Shown here: positions 58,990-64,000 of the stretch, one piece after another
How the letters are laid out: every line of letters begins with the position of its first letter
Position numbering within the stretch: the first letter of the stretch is position 1
From: Candidatus Bathyarchaeota archaeon
GTDB taxonomy: Archaea; Thermoproteota; Bathyarchaeia; 40CM-2-53-6
Assembly: GCA_963706285.1 (NCBI GenBank)
Contig: CAVPLU010000012.1
Coordinates: forward strand, 1 to 64,000
Direction of reading: 5' to 3'
DNA: 64,000 nt
Made by a program: the position numbers and the translations under genes
The notes under the pieces: generated by a model
Seen by the model: only the letters and a program-made list of their open reading frames with translations
Databases searched by the model: none
Told to the model about the DNA's origin: nothing

Positions 58990-59161
58990 TCCGCGATAAG
59001 TTGAGCGCGGCCTGTTTTTCTCTTGGAGAGGCGGTTTCCCTAGAGCGTACCACAATCAATTAGTATTAATTATATGTTACTTAATTCTTGCACGCTGTGT
59101 CGAATCATAGTCCAGACTGATTGAACAAGAACTGCAACTTGGAAACCGAGGCTGTCCGTAG

Positions 59162-59476
59162 TCAGTCGCTTTTCTCAACTTTGATATCTATCGTGGAGAC
59201 ATTCCGCATGTCTCCCCCTTCGCCAAGCGCTTGCGTTCCGATAGTGACCTCCCTGACCGACATCTTGCCTCCGAAGAACCTTCTCCTCACAACCTCCACG
59301 ACGTCGACTGCTCTGCTGATTGCTCTTCCTCGAGCCCTGATTGTCAGTATCTTTGCTCCACTCTGGAAGTGCATCATGACCGCAGTCGCGTAGGCCATCA
59401 CGGGCTTCTTTCCTATGAGTATCGTATCAGGGGGGATAGGCTCCCTCGGGGCACTCGGCACTGGAGCTTCTGTCAT
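59162..59476 (-). CDS. albA: DNA/RNA-binding protein Alba
   Basis: IGKKPVM.Y, ARGRAISRAVDV.E, RNVSTI.I; GGAGGTGA SD before ATG 59476. Confidence 0.95.
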   Translation of the reverse strand: MTEAPVPSAPREPIPPDTILIGKKPVMAYATAVMMHFQSGAKILTIRARGRAISRAVDVVEVVRRRFFGGKMSVREVTIGTQALGEGGDMRNVSTIDIKVEKSD

Positions 59477-60001
59477 GCAGTGTTCACCTCCGAAACAGGG
59501 TAATCCACCGATAAGTGCAAAGCTATACTTTCGAGAACTCGACTTAAGCCTTGCCATACTTACCCTCGCGAGCTTGGGAGCAAGAACTCAAAATTGACTC
59601 AGGCAAGCATCTTCTGCGACCGTCATGACCTCGCTAAATGGTCTCGCTCGATCGATTACTTTCAAGTTGCTCACGCACATCATCATTGAGAGCACAGATA
59701 CTTTTCGAATGAAGCCACAGAACGATCACCATTCCTATGTGATTTGCACAATGCCTATGCGCCAAAACGCAAAGCTCAATCCTATTTAAGCCCCGAAATA
59801 TCAAGCAGCCGCGGTTTTAGCTCCAGCATATTTTCCCTTCAATCGTTCCAGACCTCGAAGGGGCTTCTCATGAGAAAGCTGTTCAGGTCATCCCGCTCTT
59901 TTTGACAGATTTCTTTCCAGAAATCTAATGGCGATAGGCACCCCAAATGACGAACTCACAACTCAGTTTGTGGGTTGCACAATCTAGGAGGAGTAACAAT
60001 A

Positions 60002-60649
60002 TTGCCAAATGGCTTCAATGACTGGGATGGACGATCGCCGCTTCGGACACGAATAACGAATTCTGTGCACCGTGGTGCATCGTTGAATGACCGCCTCGCC
60101 GAGGCAATCTTCCGTCTACAGGCTCAAGAGAATAGGCTCGCGGGATCTGCAGCTAGGATGCAACAGCACGATAAGGAGATGTTCGACAAGTGCGTGCGAG
60201 CCCAAATTTCCAAGGACAATGCCCGAGCAGCAATGTACGCCAACGAGTGCGCACAGATCAGGAAGATGGCAAAAGTCACGCTGCAGTGCCAAATGGCACT
60301 TGAGCAAGCTGCTCTGAGGCTTGAGACTGCCCGTGAGTTTGGGAATATCGCGTCCATGATGGCTCCTGTGGCGTCCGTTGTCAAATCGGTGCAGGGGCAC
60401 ATAACAGGAATAATCCCTGAAGTGGGATACGAACTTGCCGAAATAGGGGAAGTGTTGAACAACGCCGTTTATGATGCTGGCGACTCTCTAGGCTCAGACA
60501 CGGGAATCCAGACTTCAGGTGAGGAAGCCCAAAGAATCCTCACGGAAGCCAACACTTTAGCAGAGCATAGAATGCAGCAACATTTTCCTGTACTGCCGAC
60601 AGCACCCGCCCCCATGGCTCAGAAGGCAACGGAGCAGGGATTCCAGTAG
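60002..60649 (+). CDS. ESCRT-III/Snf7 (CdvB1/2-like) protein
   Basis: Helical core A.MYANECAQIRK, LEQ..LRLET..EFG, EEA..IL.EA..AE...FP.LP; AGGAGG SD before TTG 60002. Confidence 0.9.
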   Translation: MPNGFNDWDGRSPLRTRITNSVHRGASLNDRLAEAIFRLQAQENRLAGSAARMQQHDKEMFDKCVRAQISKDNARAAMYANECAQIRKMAKVTLQCQMALEQAALRLETAREFGNIASMMAPVASVVKSVQGHITGIIPEVGYELAEIGEVLNNAVYDAGDSLGSDTGIQTSGEEAQRILTEANTLAEHRMQQHFPVLPTAPAPMAQKATEQGFQ

Positions 60650-60678
60650 AGGTACTGAGCCTCTCAGGGTGTGAACTC

Positions 60679-61393
60679 TTGGTTATGCTCGTGGAGGATG
60701 TTGGAAAGTTCCTAGGTAGAACAATTCAGAGTCCTTACAGTACGCCTGTGGGCAAACTGATCGGAATGGATACGAACATCCGCAATGAGGTGACTCAAGT
60801 CAACATTGAGCAGGAATCAGGCATCTCTGGCGAAGTATCCATCCGCTCAAGTAAAGATAGAGAACGGTTCCGTGGTGCTCACTCCTGCGTGGAAGCACGA
60901 TGCTGTGGACTTGCAGCGTGAGTACTTGACTGCATCAAAACGAATGATCGCGCTCAAATCGCTTCTCTCAGACGGAGACATCGATACGGTAGCATACAGA
61001 GAAATGGCCAGCGAATACGAAAACGCCATAAGCGCAATGGAAAGTCGCCGTGTTGCACTTGTTGATTCGCTCAAGGAAAAAACTCTGAAGCTTGAAGACG
61101 AAGTGCGAAGGCTCCAGCTGTCGTTGACAGACAACAAGCTGCTCTATTCTTCTGGAGTGGTCGAAGCGATCGCCTACAAGGACGCCTGCCAAATCATACA
61201 TGAGATGATGAACGGGCACATTGCCGAGAAGAAAGACATCCAGGGAACTATTGAGAACTTGATTTCTCTAGAAAAAGGACGCTCGGAGCAAGAACAACCA
61301 TCATCCCGTCAAGAACAACCAATATCCCGTGAAGTTGAACGAAGCATTCCCGATTTTGTCGTTGTGAAGATCAACGAAGAGATGCCAGCATAG
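60679..61393 (+). CDS. cdvA: Cell division protein CdvA, +1 frameshift near 60823
   Basis: PRC-barrel FLG..I..PY...GK.IG, P.WK, long coiled coil, C-terminal FVVVKI peptide; upstream of cdvB/cdvC. Confidence 0.85.
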
Positions 61394-61406
61394 GCAGTGA
61401 CGCAAC

Positions 61407-62180
61407 TTGTCCATCGTCAACAGAATCTTTCCCCACATCCATGAGGTTCCGCTGAAAGAGCAAATCATGAAAGCTAGTTCTAGACTCGAAATCCAGAAAG
61501 AAAGACTCGAAAGTATGGCAATCAAGATTCAGCGGAAAGATCGGGACCTTTTCGAACGATGCGTTGGTGCAGAGGCATCCAAGGATCTCGCACATGCAAG
61601 ATTGTACGCCAACGAGTGCGCTCAAGTGAGAAGTATCGCTCACATAATCATGAGCAGTCAACTTGCACTTGAGCAGGTGATCTTCAAACTCGGCATGGCG
61701 CTTGAATTCGGCGAAGTCATGTCTGATATGAAACCAATAGTCGGCATTGTCGCCGAAACAAAAGGAAGGATATCAGGAATCGTTCCGCACATAGCGAGCG
61801 AGCTCGGGGAAATAAACACCATGCTGGAGGACCTTAGCGAGGAAACAGGTCCGGTTCTGGACAACACAGTAGATGTCCAGACCACCAGCGAAGATGCGAA
61901 GAAGGTCCTCGAAGAGTCATCTGCGATTGCACAAGAGCGCCTAACTCAGACGTTTCCCAAACTGCCAGAGCTAGCTCTCGAACAGAACAAAGCTCCATCG
62001 GAGCAACTGTCTATCGTTGCGCACGAACCAGGAGTAGAGCGACGCGTCTACGACTACATCAAGGCACACCAAGGAAACTTGCACCTCTCCGATGCAGCAC
62101 GCATCCTGGACATACCGCCAGACAAAGTGAGGGAAGCCCTCGACCGGTTGGAAAGTGAGGGAAAAGTAGTTGTCGAGTAG
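61407..62180 (+). CDS. cdvB: Cell division protein CdvB (ESCRT-III with C-terminal winged helix)
   Basis: YANECAQVR, EDAKKVLEE, FPKLP, then VYDYIK.H.G......A..L..L...G.V winged helix. Confidence 0.9.
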   Translation: MSIVNRIFPHIHEVPLKEQIMKASSRLEIQKERLESMAIKIQRKDRDLFERCVGAEASKDLAHARLYANECAQVRSIAHIIMSSQLALEQVIFKLGMALEFGEVMSDMKPIVGIVAETKGRISGIVPHIASELGEINTMLEDLSEETGPVLDNTVDVQTTSEDAKKVLEESSAIAQERLTQTFPKLPELALEQNKAPSEQLSIVAHEPGVERRVYDYIKAHQGNLHLSDAARILDIPPDKVREALDRLESEGKVVVE

Positions 62181-63387
62181 CGCTCCTAACGGGAGCCAAA
62201 ACACCTTACAGACGTTCGGAACTCCTCCACCTGTTCATTCGGGCACCGGATCGGGTTCTGCCTCTGAAGAGCTCGAGAGCTTGGCAGTACGTTATGCAAA
62301 TGAGGCTATCCAATTTGATAGACAGGGTTCCAAAGGAATGGCCATCTCGCGCTATCAAAGAGCATCCGAGGTGCTGCTGAAACTATGTTCACTGTACCCC
62401 GAGGCGCCCACAAACAAGGTCTACATGGAGCATATTGAGAACTATCGGAGAAGAATGAAAGAACTCAACGACCAAGGCCCCCGAACTGGCTCGAATCACT
62501 CGTCACAGCTCGCAGCTGAACAGACCGAGCATTTTTCCCCGATTCAGAAGCCGAATGTTAGATGGAATGATATTGCGGACCTACGTGACGCCAAGATGGC
62601 CGTAGAGGAATCTGTGATCTACCCGGCCAGGCGTCCTGATCTGTTCCCGCTTGGGTGGCCTAGAGGCATTTTGTTCTTTGGCCCTCCAGGTTGTGGTAAG
62701 ACCTTACTGGCGGCCGCAATTGCTACTGAAATCAACGCAGATTTCTTCTGCGTTGACGCCGCGTCGGTCATGGACAAGTGGCTGGGCCAGTCTGAGAAGA
62801 ACGTCGCAAACCTCTTTCAAGACGCAAGACGAGCCTCAGCGTCAGGAAAGCCTGCAATAATTTTCATTGACGAAGTGGACTCTCTCGTGGGAATTAGAGC
62901 AGATGAAGTCGGCGGAGAAGTTCGCACGAGAAATCAATTCTTGAAAGAGATGGATAGCATATCAGACAAGTCCAACCCTACCCATGTGTATGTGGTAGGC
63001 GCCACGAACAAGCCATGGGCGCTTGACGAAGCTTTCATCCGGCGTTTTCAGAGACGAATTTTCGTTCCCCTACCCAACGTCGAAGCGCGTACTGAACTCG
63101 TCTCCATATACTCAAAGGAATTGACGATGAGTGGGGACGTGAGCACAGATGAGGTAGTCCGGATAACGGATGGCTATTCTGCAAGTGACATACGCGATAT
63201 TCTGCAATCTGCACAAATCAAAGTCGTCCGGGAACTCTTCCAATCACAGAAGATTACCGAACGCTCTCGACCGAGAGCGATCTCCATGGAGGACATTCGT
63301 GAGACTCTCCACAGGCGACGTCCGAGCGTATCATCGGATACGCTCCGATTCTACGACAAATGGTACGAAAGATACAAGGCGCTGTGA
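62170..63387 (+). CDS. cdvC: Vps4-like AAA ATPase CdvC
   Basis: MIT domain (A..YA..AI..D..G), RPDLFPLGWPRG, GPPGCGKT, IFIDEVD, GATNKPW.LD. Confidence 0.95.
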   Translation: MSSSAPNGSQNTLQTFGTPPPVHSGTGSGSASEELESLAVRYANEAIQFDRQGSKGMAISRYQRASEVLLKLCSLYPEAPTNKVYMEHIENYRRRMKELNDQGPRTGSNHSSQLAAEQTEHFSPIQKPNVRWNDIADLRDAKMAVEESVIYPARRPDLFPLGWPRGILFFGPPGCGKTLLAAAIATEINADFFCVDAASVMDKWLGQSEKNVANLFQDARRASASGKPAIIFIDEVDSLVGIRADEVGGEVRTRNQFLKEMDSISDKSNPTHVYVVGATNKPWALDEAFIRRFQRRIFVPLPNVEARTELVSIYSKELTMSGDVSTDEVVRITDGYSASDIRDILQSAQIKVVRELFQSQKITERSRPRAISMEDIRETLHRRRPSVSSDTLRFYDKWYERYKAL

Positions 63388-63391
63388 GACC

Positions 63392-63940
63392 ATGCAAGTG
63401 TCAACCGACTCGACCGATCTGAAGATTCTCGCAGAACTAGTGGAGAATGCAAAATCATCGTTTGTTGACATTGGGAAGAAGCTCACTCTTCATCCCAACG
63501 TAGTTGCCTACAGAGTTAGCAAGCTGGAGCGACTAGGCATAATCAAGGACTACACAACCAGGCTCGATCTGGAGAAGCTTGGGCTCTCAGAACAGATCTT
63601 TGTTGCTGCGAGTTTGCCAGGCAATTCTGAGCGAGAACAAGTCCTTGAGAAGATCGCCTCGATGCCTCAGACCATCCAAGTCGTGAGCTCCTTAGGCGAA
63701 CCTGAAAGCATCCTGTTCTTGGTTGGCAAGAACAAAGCCGATGTCGACAAGACGATGTGGAAACTGAGAAACATGAACGTGAAGATCGAGTACACTGGCT
63801 CGATAGTACGCACGTACGACGAGGGAGGCCTATGCAACTTCCTGAAACTCCTCGCAAGAGAATTCGAGGAGTCAAGGGACCTCTCCAAGCAGCAACCCGT
63901 TTTGGAACAACAATGGGAAGGAGGGAAAGAAAGTGTTTAA
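63392..63940 (+). CDS. Lrp/AsnC-family transcriptional regulator
   Basis: D..D.KIL..L..NA.......K.L......V.YRV.KLE..GII..YT HTH; ATG 63392. Confidence 0.88.
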   Translation: MQVSTDSTDLKILAELVENAKSSFVDIGKKLTLHPNVVAYRVSKLERLGIIKDYTTRLDLEKLGLSEQIFVAASLPGNSEREQVLEKIASMPQTIQVVSSLGEPESILFLVGKNKADVDKTMWKLRNMNVKIEYTGSIVRTYDEGGLCNFLKLLAREFEESRDLSKQQPVLEQQWEGGKESV

Positions 63941-64000
63941 TGAAAAGAATTCGATGATGGGCAAATTCAAGGAAGCAATTCATCCCACGCCAATTCGTAG
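63933..64000 (+). CDS. 5' end of a gene running off the window, possibly another ESCRT-III paralog
   Basis: GGAGGG SD, then GTG: MFNEKNSMMGKFKEAIHPTPIR..., resembling the H..PL(K/R) starts of the two CdvB paralogs. Confidence 0.4.
   Translation, partial: MFNEKNSMMGKFKEAIHPTPIR

Noticed and set aside
59050-59090. AT-rich tract between tbp and alba as a replication origin
   Set aside because: Too short, with no ORB-like repeats or cdc6 nearby; more likely a termination region of convergent genes.
1-64000. tRNA/rRNA genes
   Set aside because: No T-loop GTTCRAATC cloverleaf or rRNA-like segment seen; intron-split tRNAs could be missed without tRNAscan-SE.

Overview
Archaeal chromosomal window from a Thermoproteota/TACK genome. 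Bathyarchaeia-like is my inference from aIF2g, Rpo7/Spt4, TBP, Alba, CdvA/B/C and the PEF/PGF-type sorting tails. It contains scrambled fragments of two conserved translation superoperons, a bacterial-type gltBD, a fused EtfBA-FixCX cluster, aIF5B, an Lhr helicase and a Dpp/Opp ABC transporter whose solute-binding protein appears circularly permuted. It also holds a decayed IS6-like element with a divergent small gene and operator palindromes, an acyl-CoA mutase cluster (MeaB, an MCM-type and an ICM-type large subunit, one B12-binding subunit, epimerase, two thiolase/DUF35 pairs), thrS, tbp, alba and an ESCRT-III/Cdv cell-division operon. About a dozen genes carry 1-2 nt frameshifts that look like consensus errors. 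One disruption is different: a 19-nt insert (49929-49947) in the B12-binding mutase subunit gene folds into a canonical bulge-helix-bulge. Excising it at the standard endonuclease positions restores the KPGLDGHDRG cobalamin motif exactly, making it a candidate tRNA-endonuclease-spliced mRNA intron in a metabolic gene. No tRNA, rRNA or CRISPR array was seen.
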